From Tortispora ganteri (taxonomy: Eukaryota), in contig PPNB01000005.1 in the NCBI GenBank assembly GCA_003707115.1, forward strand, positions 248,001 to 312,000: DNA of 64,000 bases, given 5' to 3'. Below are positions 1-10,551 of the stretch, in pieces (the first letter of the stretch is position 1; each line of letters begins with the position of its first letter). The position numbers and the translations under genes are program-made. Under the pieces are notes generated by a model. It searched no databases. It was not told where the DNA came from and was given only the letters and a program-made list of their open reading frames with translations.

Positions 1-123
1 ACAATTATCTTCGGTTAATTCTTTGGGTCAAAGAAATTTCGGAGTACTGAAGAAGGTAAAACTAGCGGCATATAGAGATCAGAGTTAGAGCGAAAATCGT
101 CTGTATTTATTGATTATCTATCG

Positions 124-543
124 ATGGAGCTCGACGAAGTGTCATGGAGGTCGCCCGAATGGGTACGTATGAATGGACTGACTACGGAAAATGTACTGGA
201 TTATTTTGCACTTTCGCCATTTTATGATCGTACGGCGAACAATCAAGTATTGAAAATGCAGCAAGTGACAGGATCACTGATTGAACAGCTGCGACGAATG
301 CGTGGCATTGAGTTCGTAGTAGCTGTAGCCAAAGAACCAGAATTGTGGATAATACGGAAACAGAATCGGATTGGTCCTGACGAGACGATTCCATTAAGCA
401 CATATTTTGTGGCCAACGAGATCATTTATATGGCACCGAGCGTTTATTCGGTGGTGTCTTCGCATGTACTAAATTTGACGAGATCTCTAAAAGACTCTCT
501 TGCTGCAGCTTCTGCTATATTGAACGACGAATATACGAATTAA
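124..543 (+). CDS. MED6: Mediator subunit Med6 (short form)
   Basis: LDEVSWRSPEW...ENVLDYFALSPFYDRTANNQVLKMQ and LWIIRKQNR...YMAPSVYSV are Med6-family motifs. Confidence 0.93.
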   Translation: MELDEVSWRSPEWVRMNGLTTENVLDYFALSPFYDRTANNQVLKMQQVTGSLIEQLRRMRGIEFVVAVAKEPELWIIRKQNRIGPDETIPLSTYFVANEIIYMAPSVYSVVSSHVLNLTRSLKDSLAAASAILNDEYTN

Positions 544-659
544 GACTTGCATGTTAGTATAATTTTGCATTTATACAGTTATGTAATTAATTTTAATGAA
601 ATATAATGACATTTTACTTCAATTTTTAAACAAACTACTATAGCTTAACTTTCGACTGA

Positions 660-1922
660 ATGAGGATGAAAGATGTGATTGCTATCATCGGCAACACAGG
701 TGTAGGTAAATCTAAGCTCGCTGTTCAGATAGCACAACGTATTGGTGGTGAGATAATTAATGCAGATGCTATGCAGATGTACAAAGGGATTCCAATTATT
801 ACAAACAAACATCCAGAACGCGAACGACTAGGTATTCCACACCATATGCTTGGATTTATTGATTGGCGCCACCAATATACAGCACATGATTTCAGCAAAG
901 ATGCCATGTCAGTTATTGATAGTATCTATAGTCGCGGTAAAGTACCGATCTTAGTTGGCGGGACACATTATTATTTGAATTCTATACTGTTGAATATGAC
1001 ACTGGACGCCGAAGACATTGAAGTGCCTACACATCTAAACGAGAAATCAAACGACGAACTTCACGAGATATTAAAACATGTAGACGAACCATTGAGTCAG
1101 AAGTTTCATCCGAACGACCGACGGAAACTACTCAAGGCAATCTCTTACCAGCTTTCAACAGGCACCAAACTATCAGATGCCTACCTAGCACAGAAGACAC
1201 AGTTGCCGCCGCCACCAGCCTACAGGACGTTGTTTCTGTGGATCTATTGCGAACCTGAGACGCTGTCTATGCGGCTCAATACCCGTGTCGACGAAATGGT
1301 AGCAAATGGCCTGCTAGATGAGGTCAAGCAACTACATGAGTTCTATACTACCACAAACTCATCTGCTGATGTCGGCCCATTGCAAGCTATTGGGTTCAAA
1401 GAGTGTCTTGCGTGGGCGGAAAACGGGACTGAAGAGGACAAAATCGAAGGTATAGAAGCCACAAAACGTGCCACTAGGAAGTACGCGAAATACCAGACGC
1501 GATTCATTAGAAAGAAAACCATTCTGCATACGCGACAACTGCGCGACATGTACCCGGACTACGGAATGGACGTGTACCTGCTTGACTCTACGATGCTTTC
1601 CTTATGGGATACTAATGTGGGGGAGCGTGGCGAAAGTATTGCCGCATCATTCCTGAAAGGCACTGCGTGTGAAGAACCGTTCGCTCCAGACCAGCTGAAA
1701 CATCTACTGGAACCGCCGAAAGATTACGATCTCAGCGATCGACCAGACCTATGGCAACATAAGACTTGTGATACATGCACTGTCGCTGGCAAGCCAATGA
1801 TTTTAGTCGGAGAAGAAGCATGGCAGGAACATCTGCGATCACAACGGCACCGTCGCGGCGTTCGCGGAGCCAAAAAGCTGGCAGCTTTTGAGGCATGGAA
1901 GAAGGCTAATGCTATAAACTGA
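660..1922 (+). CDS. MOD5: tRNA dimethylallyl(isopentenyl)transferase
   Basis: P-loop GNTGVGKS, INADAMQMYKG, VGGTHYY, QAIGFKE, C-terminal zinc finger CDTC...HLRSQRH. Confidence 0.95.
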   Translation: MRMKDVIAIIGNTGVGKSKLAVQIAQRIGGEIINADAMQMYKGIPIITNKHPERERLGIPHHMLGFIDWRHQYTAHDFSKDAMSVIDSIYSRGKVPILVGGTHYYLNSILLNMTLDAEDIEVPTHLNEKSNDELHEILKHVDEPLSQKFHPNDRRKLLKAISYQLSTGTKLSDAYLAQKTQLPPPPAYRTLFLWIYCEPETLSMRLNTRVDEMVANGLLDEVKQLHEFYTTTNSSADVGPLQAIGFKECLAWAENGTEEDKIEGIEATKRATRKYAKYQTRFIRKKTILHTRQLRDMYPDYGMDVYLLDSTMLSLWDTNVGERGESIAASFLKGTACEEPFAPDQLKHLLEPPKDYDLSDRPDLWQHKTCDTCTVAGKPMILVGEEAWQEHLRSQRHRRGVRGAKKLAAFEAWKKANAIN

Positions 1923-2028
1923 CTACGAACTGAATGAAAACATTAATAATATAACCAGAAGAAAAGCCGGGATGTCTAGGCGAAGGTCGTAAAGTCGTGT
2001 GATAGTACAAAATATACTACAGGACAGG

Positions 2029-2418
2029 CTATATTTCCCATTCCTGTGTATCCATAGTTGGTGTCTGTGAAGGAGTAAGCACAGCAGGCTGGACTTTCTC
2101 TAGAATCGCAAAAGCCATAGCGTCGGCGGCTTCTTCGACGATCGCGGACGTCGACAACGGCTCATCTGGGCTTTCTGACTCTTCAAGTACCGCAGAGAGC
2201 ATCTGATCACGATCAGTCGGTGGAGTCGGCGGCATATACGATTGTCGGTCACATTTCGTGATAATAATAGCCGGCTCAATTTTGTCCTCAGAAGCGTTTT
2301 CGAGTATAGGAGGCAGATGCTCACCCTTGTTCTTCGAGCGATTTGAATCTCTGAATAGTCTTGCGATCTTGTACATTTGCTTCTGAGCTTCACTAGAACT
2401 GTAATATGAACAGTACAT
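2029..2418 (-). CDS. Hypothetical low-complexity protein (129 aa)
   Basis: ATG-started ORF convergent with MOD5, about 1 kb noncoding region upstream; no family recognised. Confidence 0.55.
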   Translation of the reverse strand: MYCSYYSSSEAQKQMYKIARLFRDSNRSKNKGEHLPPILENASEDKIEPAIIITKCDRQSYMPPTPPTDRDQMLSAVLEESESPDEPLSTSAIVEEAADAMAFAILEKVQPAVLTPSQTPTMDTQEWEI

Positions 2419-3420
2419 GAAATCTATGATCTATCGGATCTATAATATGTATCAAAAGGGTCTATATGAGTTCAGAAACTGCTAATTTCCGTCGAATAAA
2501 GGCAGTTCAGTGTTGAGTAAAAGGAAAAGGGTCTTTATAAGGGCACTTAGTATCCTGGTGGGGAAAGACAATACGGTAAATTTCTAATTGAGATTAGACT
2601 TTCGGCGAGAACGATGTTCTTTCTCGAATTATAAATTTCTTTCTTTCTTTGTTGCTTGCTTGTTTATCTCACTACCACTTATAATCTTAACAGAATACCA
2701 CCTTTCACAATCGCTTTATATATATATTAAAAAACTGTATTGAAATATTACGTGGCACTTGGGGTTTTCCGAGTCAAATGCTGACGCTGTATTCTCCGAA
2801 AACTCCTAAATCCAACTTGGCACCTGAAAATTTTACAAACCTTATTTAGGAAAAAACCCTCGTTTAATTGGCTCTTAAAACGTTAGATTCATTCAGCACA
2901 GCTAGGTCTAGACTTTCTCTAATTATACAAAAAGACGTTTACTGTCATTGTCCTGGTGACACATATTAATCTGGAAGAAACCAAATTCAAGTTCTTCACT
3001 TATCATAAGTTCAGCACCAATCAAAATGCCGTTCTGAAACAAACTAAACCCGACAAAAAAAAAATATGAAGCACCCTAATGCATCACCTGCAAGTTTTCA
3101 ATGCCATAGTTCGACGCTCATCACATTCGGTAAAAATCATTCGGAGATGCCCTTTCAAAGTTAATATTTGGTCTGACTCGACCAAACCAAGATATAAAGT
3201 TTCGCTTTTCCTCTACTGTATCGCATATTGAGCCTCGGAAAAGGCCGTTTAACTGCGTAATGCGTAAATCAGCACCATCCATTGCTAGAAACAGCGAAAG
3301 ATAGCAAGCAATTTTGTCTGTAAAATGCAGCACTCAGTTGGAAAAGACCTATGATAGCATCAAACTGTCCTTTCAATACGATCGATGCGAATTAAAAATC
3401 AACTGTTGATTTTCAATTTG

Positions 3421-5697
3421 TCAAAGCCCAAGAGAATCCGTTACAACTAGTCTATCATGCGAAGACTGACCGTGCACATCCGATCCAAAAATATCCCGTC
3501 GAGCATCCTGGCGCGACATCGTACTGTTCATACTTCTTGGAGTCGCCGGCCTTGATCCACCGTGAGATCCAGTTTCGGACCCAAACGTACGTTGAGGCGA
3601 TATGAGATCTTCTAGTTGCGGATCTGCATGCACATACCCAGCATTTTGGCGACGACTGTGTGCGCTAGTAGAAGGCACTAAGTCTAATGGCGCCTGGTTG
3701 CCTTCTGACACACTTCTCTCGTGTCCTCGATTGTCGCTCACCTGCTGAAAATCAGCCCTAGGCCCAATAGGCGGCTGCCCTTGCATTTGCAAGTTATTCT
3801 GCGGCGAATATTGCGGTGTCGCTGGCGCGTTGCGGTACGAGGAATACATCGGATTGACTGGCAAACCCTCAGTATGGTGTCCAACAGGGTTTCTGCGCGG
3901 AGAAGGTTTGCGTGCATTCCCGTTGGCGTTGGTACCCGCTCGCTGGTACTGTAAACTGTTGTCGTAAGGAGGCTGTCCACTATGGTTGCTCTGTACACTG
4001 TGGTAACTGTTGTTTGAGATAGATGGTGTCAAGTCGTTTACACTCGAAGACGAAACAGCCCCTGGTATGGGGCCAGGACCGGGACGTGCTGGCAGATTCT
4101 TTTCAGGAGAGTAGGCATATGCCTGCCCAACTTCAGGCTGGTTGCTTTCAAATGTCCCTTGAGCTATGAAAGGTGATATGCTCGGTAACGGTTTCTGTTG
4201 AGGAACAGAGTTAGACCGTTCGTGTCCAGGAACAACGTCTCTAGCACTTCCGGGTCGACTGACACTGTCAGCATCATAAAGCTTTACTTCTGGGGCAAGA
4301 TTTATTCCTTCTGTATCTCCCGAGAAGCCGCTGGAAAGGCGTCTAGATAATACTTCTTTGATATTTTTGCGCCATTCGTAATCAGACCATCTCTCTGAAC
4401 CAGGACTGGCTACAAGCAAGCGTAAATCTGCGACATCGAGGTACTTAGGACGACGCTGAGAGGGAAAAGCGAAAAGCATTGATCTAACGTCATTTTTATC
4501 AGAGTTGAGACGTCTCGGACGGCCGTATAAACCAAAGGCGTCAAAAGTAGGGATGATAAATCGAATTAAAGTGTCAAACCCGGGTACTGCGGGATGCAAT
4601 TCGGGAATTATGAATACAAAAGCCCCAGTAGGTTCCTTACTGTTGCCGAAAATGACTTGACCTTCTATCTTCAGCAATGTAGACTGACTGACAAGAAGTT
4701 TTGATTCAGGATATATGGCGTATGTAGAATAGGCGGATATGACTTTCGCAAGAGGATCTTTTTTGCCAGCTTGCTTTTTGTTCTCATAGAAAGATATGTT
4801 GCCAGCAACGCTTTTTTTAAATCGTCTTTCTTCAGAAGGGTTAACGACTATATAGCACCGCTTCCAGGGCATTCCAGCGCCGAATCTTACGCGGCCCCAT
4901 TCGCCATGTTTACGTTTGGTTTCGCTCAAGATGGACCGAATATCATTAAGTTTTGAACCTTTTGCCGATAGCAAAGCACCGGTATAAGCTTCCTGCAGAG
5001 AAGTATGCTCAAACACAGCGAGGCGCAAAGCGGCAGTCCATTCTTGGAGGAGTTCGGGGGTTTGGAACTGCAGCAAGTAGCGGTTGCGCAAAGTGGTCGA
5101 CAAAGCGATAATGTTAGGAAGAGGGCCATTCGCAGTAGGGAGTTGAGTAATAGATCTAAAGTTGGAGTCAGTTACATTTATGTAAGATGGCTTTGAGAGT
5201 TTGTTGAAATCGCCTGCAGCCGCATCGAGTTCTTTGGCGTCCCAAACGGAAAGAACGGTACCTGCGAGACGACCGTACACCTCGACCCATTTACGTTCAG
5301 CAAATGGGTTGCCGTCGGCATTCAAATCATCGAGTTTCATAAAATAACCCTGCGCGTATATCCTGCGCGCCTGAGTTGCCAGCAGATGTATAGCGGGTGT
5401 GAGTTCCTGCTCAAAGTCCTTATCATCCATCTCTGTTTGTATGTTTTTCTCGGATACGGCATCGGGATTGCGAAACAGGGCGGAAGGAGGGCGATCAAAC
5501 TGAGCGTGTGAGTTCATTTTCGGTGAGGGCAAAATGGTGGAGCCTTCAAAGGCCAAAGGATGAGAGCTGTTTGCGAAGACAGACACGTCGGGTGTTCGCA
5601 AGCCGTCTGCAGAAGTGAAGCCGTCAGGCGAGTAACTTGTGTTTATATTCTGGAGCTGTTTTTTGTTGCTGAAGGACATGATTCTAGGGCGAGCCAT
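3421..5697 (-). CDS. Skg3/Caf120-like PH-domain protein
   Basis: PH-like region GYFMKLDDLNADG...LAGTVLSVWDA, EAYTGALLS, WGRVRFGAGMPWKRCY, FGLYGRPRRL; disordered Pro/Gln/Ser C-terminus. Confidence 0.85.
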   Translation of the reverse strand: MARPRIMSFSNKKQLQNINTSYSPDGFTSADGLRTPDVSVFANSSHPLAFEGSTILPSPKMNSHAQFDRPPSALFRNPDAVSEKNIQTEMDDKDFEQELTPAIHLLATQARRIYAQGYFMKLDDLNADGNPFAERKWVEVYGRLAGTVLSVWDAKELDAAAGDFNKLSKPSYINVTDSNFRSITQLPTANGPLPNIIALSTTLRNRYLLQFQTPELLQEWTAALRLAVFEHTSLQEAYTGALLSAKGSKLNDIRSILSETKRKHGEWGRVRFGAGMPWKRCYIVVNPSEERRFKKSVAGNISFYENKKQAGKKDPLAKVISAYSTYAIYPESKLLVSQSTLLKIEGQVIFGNSKEPTGAFVFIIPELHPAVPGFDTLIRFIIPTFDAFGLYGRPRRLNSDKNDVRSMLFAFPSQRRPKYLDVADLRLLVASPGSERWSDYEWRKNIKEVLSRRLSSGFSGDTEGINLAPEVKLYDADSVSRPGSARDVVPGHERSNSVPQQKPLPSISPFIAQGTFESNQPEVGQAYAYSPEKNLPARPGPGPIPGAVSSSSVNDLTPSISNNSYHSVQSNHSGQPPYDNSLQYQRAGTNANGNARKPSPRRNPVGHHTEGLPVNPMYSSYRNAPATPQYSPQNNLQMQGQPPIGPRADFQQVSDNRGHERSVSEGNQAPLDLVPSTSAHSRRQNAGYVHADPQLEDLISPQRTFGSETGSHGGSRPATPRSMNSTMSRQDARRDIFGSDVHGQSSHDRLVVTDSLGL

Positions 5698-6479
5698 CGT
5701 GTGTACGAATGGTGGCTAGAGTAAAGAGCGCAGTTGTGTGGTAGCGGTGGTTAAGGTTGAAGCGCGATGTTGTGGGCTTGGCACGGGTTCGGTTTCAGAG
5801 GAAGACCAATAGCTAGGCGCGCAAAAGACGAAGCGCGCGCGAAAAAATTGAGGTTGCAGTGAGGCACACCTATGAGGGCGGAGGAAGGTGGATTCGCAAG
5901 TGGGTCTGGAAAGATATGCCGTAGAGACAGACAGTGGAACAATCGGAAGAGGAAGATGAAACGACGCAGAGGTTGATGGAAACAGACAGAATAAGTTAAC
6001 GACAAAAGTTATTAGTTTCTTGCAGGCGAGCCGAACAAATCAGTGAGCCGCGAATAGTACAGAGAAGCAGAAAAAAAAAACACTTAGTCAGTTAAGTTGG
6101 AAAAATGTATGGGCGAACGATGGAGTATGTAATATATAAAGTTTCAATATTACAGAATGTAGCGGATAGAACAATACGTCAGCCAATAAGATAATAAGTT
6201 GCTATGGTTACTAAATACTTTTATGGGAATGTTATTAAGCGGGTTTATTATGCGGATGGGGTTTATAGCTAAGCTGACTGGGTTGATTGGGCGGGACAGG
6301 CATTGTAATGCGGAGATAATTTATATAAGGTTGCATATCTATAAGCGATATTTTCAAGTTATTAAAATTAGAGACGTGTGAAACGCGTGACAAGTGCGGA
6401 AGCTAGGCGCGTTGCGTGTGTTGCGCTAGTGACGCAGGTTTTGGGGGTGGAGTGAGAAAGGACTTGGGAGGATCAGCTT

Positions 6480-7511
6480 ATGCGGTAAGGTGAATCACAG
6501 ACTGCTGCGCTGTTCAATATACGGGAACTAATCAGGAATACCGGGACAGTAGCACGGAGGTTAGTTCGGCGGCCGAATGAGGTCTATTTTGCCGACCGAC
6601 GGCGGTATATAGTGAATGAGGCGTCACAACGGCAGGTGGCAATAGGCGAATCAGAGCCGGGAATGGTAGAGGAGCTGCGGTTCAGAGTTGGCATCGCTAT
6701 GGCACCAAAAAGACATCCATCAGGGTTAAAGCCGGAACTAGAGACGTTGACCAAAGGATATACAAATGGAGACGATGCTTTGTACGCTAATGACCACATT
6801 CTGGCAGTGGCGGATGGAGTTGGCGCCTGGAACACTAAAGGTAGCGGTATGCCAGCGTTGTGGTCACGGCTACTAGTCGGGTACGGCGCTGAAGAGGTGG
6901 CGAAACGACGGGCAAACGGTGCAGAAACTGGCTGTGGTTGGATGATCGAGTCGCTGAGCCGAGCATACGAGCGAACAAAGGAAGAGTGTACACGACGCGG
7001 CGTGCGAGGGACCACAACTGTAGCGTTTGGGTCGTTAGTGTACCGTCAACTACATATTGCTGCGCTGGGTGATGCACGTATCTGGCTACTGAGACCAACG
7101 CAGATCGAAGACGAACAGGGTCATGAGATCGGGACATTTGCAGTTGTTTATTCGAATCACGAGCAGTGGCACTGGTTTGACTGCCCACGACAGCTAGGGA
7201 CTAACTCCGTCGATACAATCGAGGAACACTGCGAGACAGCAGTCGTACCGGTACGAAAGGGTGACCTTGTTATTGTATCATCGGATGGACTCAGTGACAA
7301 TTTGTGGGAGCCCGAAATTGTCGAGATATGCACCGAGGGCCTACCAAATGGTATACAGAACACTGCCGAAATGTTACTCGAAAGAGCTAGAGCTATTGCA
7401 TTCGACGTCTACTCGATCAGCCCCTATATGGAACGTGCACAGATGGAAGGTCTAGCGTACGAGGGCGGAAAGCGCGATGATATTAGCATCGCGCTGGGAC
7501 TCGTCGAATGA
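6480..7511 (+). CDS. PTC7: PP2C-family phosphatase, Ptc7-like; spliced (exons 6480-6484, 6536-7511)
   Basis: GDDA, AVADGVGAW, LGDA, FDCPRQLG, SDGLSDN, GGKRDDIS motifs; ATG-CG|GTAAGG...ACTAATCAG|G splices in frame and adds an Arg-rich N-terminus. Confidence 0.85.
6485..6535 (+). other. Predicted 51-nt spliceosomal intron (PTC7-like gene)
   Basis: GTAAGG donor, ACTAAT branch site directly followed by CAG; splicing links ATG 6480 to the main ORF frame. Confidence 0.75.
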
Positions 7512-7581
7512 TCTCAGGCCGGGCCGTACTGACCTTTAAGTGCGATCAAAAAGAAAAATTCAACATACGCATCCAATACAC

Positions 7582-7607
7582 GCGAATTTGCAATATTGCA
7601 AATTCGC
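7582..7607. repeat. Perfect 26-bp palindrome GCGAATTTGCAATATTGCAAATTCGC
   Basis: Read directly; lies between the convergent PTC7-like and SEC66 stop codons. Confidence 0.95.
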
Positions 7608-7663
7608 AGACATGACATACACATCATAATCGCTATATATTTAATAGTCATAATCATATAACA

Positions 7664-8161
7664 TCAGCTGCTCTTTAAGATACTCAATTTTGATCGTTGT
7701 CTGCTGTTCTGTGCCATTTGTCCTGCAGAAACGAATATTGATTCGCCCCATCCCTTTGAAATAGATTCAGCCTCTGACGCGACGACGTTCGCTTCCGACT
7801 GTACGATCGCTTCAGCAGTGGCGAACTTCCTGAATGTAGTATCGCCGATTTGAGACGACTGATGCAACTTAATAATCACCTGTTTCACTTCCTTCAAGAT
7901 TACCATACGTTTCATCACTTCACACGCGTAATTTAGCAGTGCCGCCTTGATCACCAGGTCCGGTATGGTCTCTTTATTGTTTGTCCAGGCTTCTTTAGTT
8001 TTGAAGTACACTTCAGAATCAATGTTACTATTGTCAAACCACGGTTCCAGCGACGCGAACTCCTTAGCCTTCCTCATCCTATATGATTTCGAAAAGAAGT
8101 AAAATGCCGCAAGAACAACACCAATATACAAAAATGGTACCACAACTTCAGTACCAATCAT
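7664..8161 (-). CDS. SEC66: Translocation protein Sec66 (Sec71)
   Basis: N-terminal TM (PFLYIGVVLAAFYFFSKSYR), LEPWF, IKAALL, IGD, EAE...GWGESIF..A.QM. Confidence 0.88.
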   Translation of the reverse strand: MIGTEVVVPFLYIGVVLAAFYFFSKSYRMRKAKEFASLEPWFDNSNIDSEVYFKTKEAWTNNKETIPDLVIKAALLNYACEVMKRMVILKEVKQVIIKLHQSSQIGDTTFRKFATAEAIVQSEANVVASEAESISKGWGESIFVSAGQMAQNSRQRSKLSILKSS

Positions 8162-8303
8162 GCTACCTTTTAGATTACAAACGATTACAGTGGGGGTGCT
8201 GTCAGTTTCTGCGTCTAGCCAAAACGCATAAAACCTTAATTGACTTACACAACTACTTCAACGGCAAAACTTATCTATTGGTTTTTTAATTGTGCTACAA
8301 ACT

Positions 8304-9986
8304 ATGATACTCAGGTTTCGCGGCCGGGATGGCACATTTCGTATAGATCTTTCTGATGATGCTACTATCAATGATGTTATCCAACAGCTCAGTCTGCGTA
8401 TCCCTTCAGCGCAACCTTCCACTTTTACATTCTCCGACGCACCTAACCGCCCCGGTCAACTTGCCACTGAAGTCCTTTCTAAGACGGTTTCTGATCTTGG
8501 ACTTAAACATGGCGACCTTCTTTTTCTTGCCTATGAGTCTGCTGGCACAGACGGTGCTGTCAATAGCACACCTGTCGCCACCAATGCCACTGCAAAATAC
8601 ACGAGCCCTGTTGTGCCCTTGTCAGAACTCGACAAGGAGCTACTCGCAATTGATGGAAGAATCAAGAGACCGCGTGATCCGAAGTTTTGCAAACATACAG
8701 CTAATGGTATGTGCGAATATTGCAGCCCTTTAGAACCCTGGGATCCAGCCTATATTGAAGAACACAAAATAAAGCACCTCAGCTTCCATGCCTATCTACG
8801 CCAATTACAGCATCAACAACACTCAGAGGTCGGCTCAACTATTACTAAAATTCTTACTCAACCATTCTATGGCGTCAAGAAACCTTGTCCTAACAAGCAC
8901 GCTCCCTGGCCGAACGGTATCTGTAGCAAATGCCAACCGTCTGCCATCACGCTCCAGCAGCAACAGTTCCGTATGGTTGACCACGTCGAGTTCGCGTCAC
9001 CCTCGATAATAAACAGGTTCTTGGATTCATGGAGAAGTTCTGGTTTGCAACGATTTGGCTACATGTTTGGCACATTAAAGCCGTACACAGATGTACCGCT
9101 AGGTATTAAAGCCGTAGTAGAGGTGATCTATGAGCCACCCCAAAGAGACGAATCAGATGGCCTGCAACTTACGCTACCTTGGGATGACGAGGACAGAATC
9201 AATCACATTGCCAGTATCTGCGGGCTAGTTCCACTTGGTGCTATATTCACAGACCTCACCGATGCAGGCAACGGCGACGGTTCTGTTGTATGCCGACGTC
9301 ATGCCGACTCATACTTCCTTTCATCACTTGAGGTGTGCTTTGCTGCTGAAATGCAGCGACGACATAGACTCAAGATTCCATTTGCCGAGAACGACGAGTT
9401 TTCTTCGCGGTATGTGACGTGTGTGATCAGCGGGAATACAAAGGGCGAGATCGAAGTATCGGCATATCAAACGTCTGCAGCGGCGGAGTCGATGCTCGAT
9501 GTGGACTTGATAGAACCATCTACTGATCCCGGACAGATGCTCGTCAAATTGCCACAGTCTGGTTCAGACAGATACGTTCCTGATATTTTCTACAGAAAAG
9601 TGAACAAGTACGGTGTGGGCGAGCAGCACAGCGCGAAACCCGCATTCCCTGTGGAGTATCTGATTGTGACATTGTCACATGGGTTCCCATCGGAGCCGAG
9701 GCCACTATTTAGCGGGTCTAACGCGTTCCCAGTCGAAAACCGTGGATATATTGGCGAGACTGCAGACATGACAGCTGTAAAGAAAGCAGTACTGAACAAC
9801 GCGCTGAATGCGTCTTCGTTAAGCGACTTCCATCTACTGTGTTACATTCAAGAGATGGGTATTCTGGATGAGGAAGGGTTCAAATTGCTGGTTGAGTTTG
9901 TCACGACACATTCAGAGAATGTGGGATTAAAACTCGAATCGAATGCCAGCTGGCAAACGTTTGTTATGATCTTAGAGTCGTCCTAG
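8304..9986 (+). CDS. NPL4: Cdc48 cofactor Npl4
   Basis: MILRFRGRDG UBL start (first ATG 8304), zf-NPL4 CKH..NGMCEYCSPLEPWD, FRMVDHVEF, AKPAFPVEYLIVTLSHGFP. Confidence 0.97.
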   Translation: MILRFRGRDGTFRIDLSDDATINDVIQQLSLRIPSAQPSTFTFSDAPNRPGQLATEVLSKTVSDLGLKHGDLLFLAYESAGTDGAVNSTPVATNATAKYTSPVVPLSELDKELLAIDGRIKRPRDPKFCKHTANGMCEYCSPLEPWDPAYIEEHKIKHLSFHAYLRQLQHQQHSEVGSTITKILTQPFYGVKKPCPNKHAPWPNGICSKCQPSAITLQQQQFRMVDHVEFASPSIINRFLDSWRSSGLQRFGYMFGTLKPYTDVPLGIKAVVEVIYEPPQRDESDGLQLTLPWDDEDRINHIASICGLVPLGAIFTDLTDAGNGDGSVVCRRHADSYFLSSLEVCFAAEMQRRHRLKIPFAENDEFSSRYVTCVISGNTKGEIEVSAYQTSAAAESMLDVDLIEPSTDPGQMLVKLPQSGSDRYVPDIFYRKVNKYGVGEQHSAKPAFPVEYLIVTLSHGFPSEPRPLFSGSNAFPVENRGYIGETADMTAVKKAVLNNALNASSLSDFHLLCYIQEMGILDEEGFKLLVEFVTTHSENVGLKLESNASWQTFVMILESS

Positions 9987-10057
9987 GCCCTAACTGTGGG
10001 CACTGCTTGGGATCATCACCAACACCAACACTAACACCGCACCTAGACTTCGACCTA

Positions 10058-10549
10058 ATGGAGTACCGGGTGTACGATAACGAAGACTTTGACGAATTAA
10101 AACAACTAATTGCATCGGACTTATCGGAACCTTATTCTGTATATGTATATAAATTTTTTCTGTTACAGTGGCCGGAACTGAGCTTTGTGGCGTGCGATAA
10201 TGGGAAAGTCATAGGTGTGGTAGTATGCAAACTAGAAACACACAAAGAAGTGCGCCAGCGTGGGTATATAGGCATGTTAACTGTAAGCACTGAATACCGA
10301 CGGCGAGGTATTGCACGGGAACTTGTCAGATTGGCGATCAACAAGATGAAAGACGCGGGAGCAGACGAGATCGCTCTCGAAACTGAGGTTTCTAACATCG
10401 CTGCAGCTAAGCTATACACTAGTATGGGATTCATAAAGATTAAACGGCTACGACGGTACTATTTGAGTGGCAATGATGCTGAGCGGTTGATTCTACCACT
10501 AACTAAAAAGGCAGGACAATTATCAATATTCGGTAATACGCTGTTCTAA
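10058..10549 (+). CDS. MAK3: NatC catalytic N-acetyltransferase (Naa30)
   Basis: DLSEPYSVYVYKFFL..WPEL, RGYIGML.V...YRRRGIA, LETEVSN; first ATG at 10058. Confidence 0.93.
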   Translation: MEYRVYDNEDFDELKQLIASDLSEPYSVYVYKFFLLQWPELSFVACDNGKVIGVVVCKLETHKEVRQRGYIGMLTVSTEYRRRGIARELVRLAINKMKDAGADEIALETEVSNIAAAKLYTSMGFIKIKRLRRYYLSGNDAERLILPLTKKAGQLSIFGNTLF

Positions 10550-10551
10550 AT

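Noticed and set aside
9959..10046. Branch-like ACTAAC plus TAG just upstream of MAK3, suggesting an NPL4-MAK3 spliced fusion
   Set aside because: No consensus donor nearby; the GT dinucleotides checked at the NPL4 3' end (9959, 9963, 9977) are in the wrong phase
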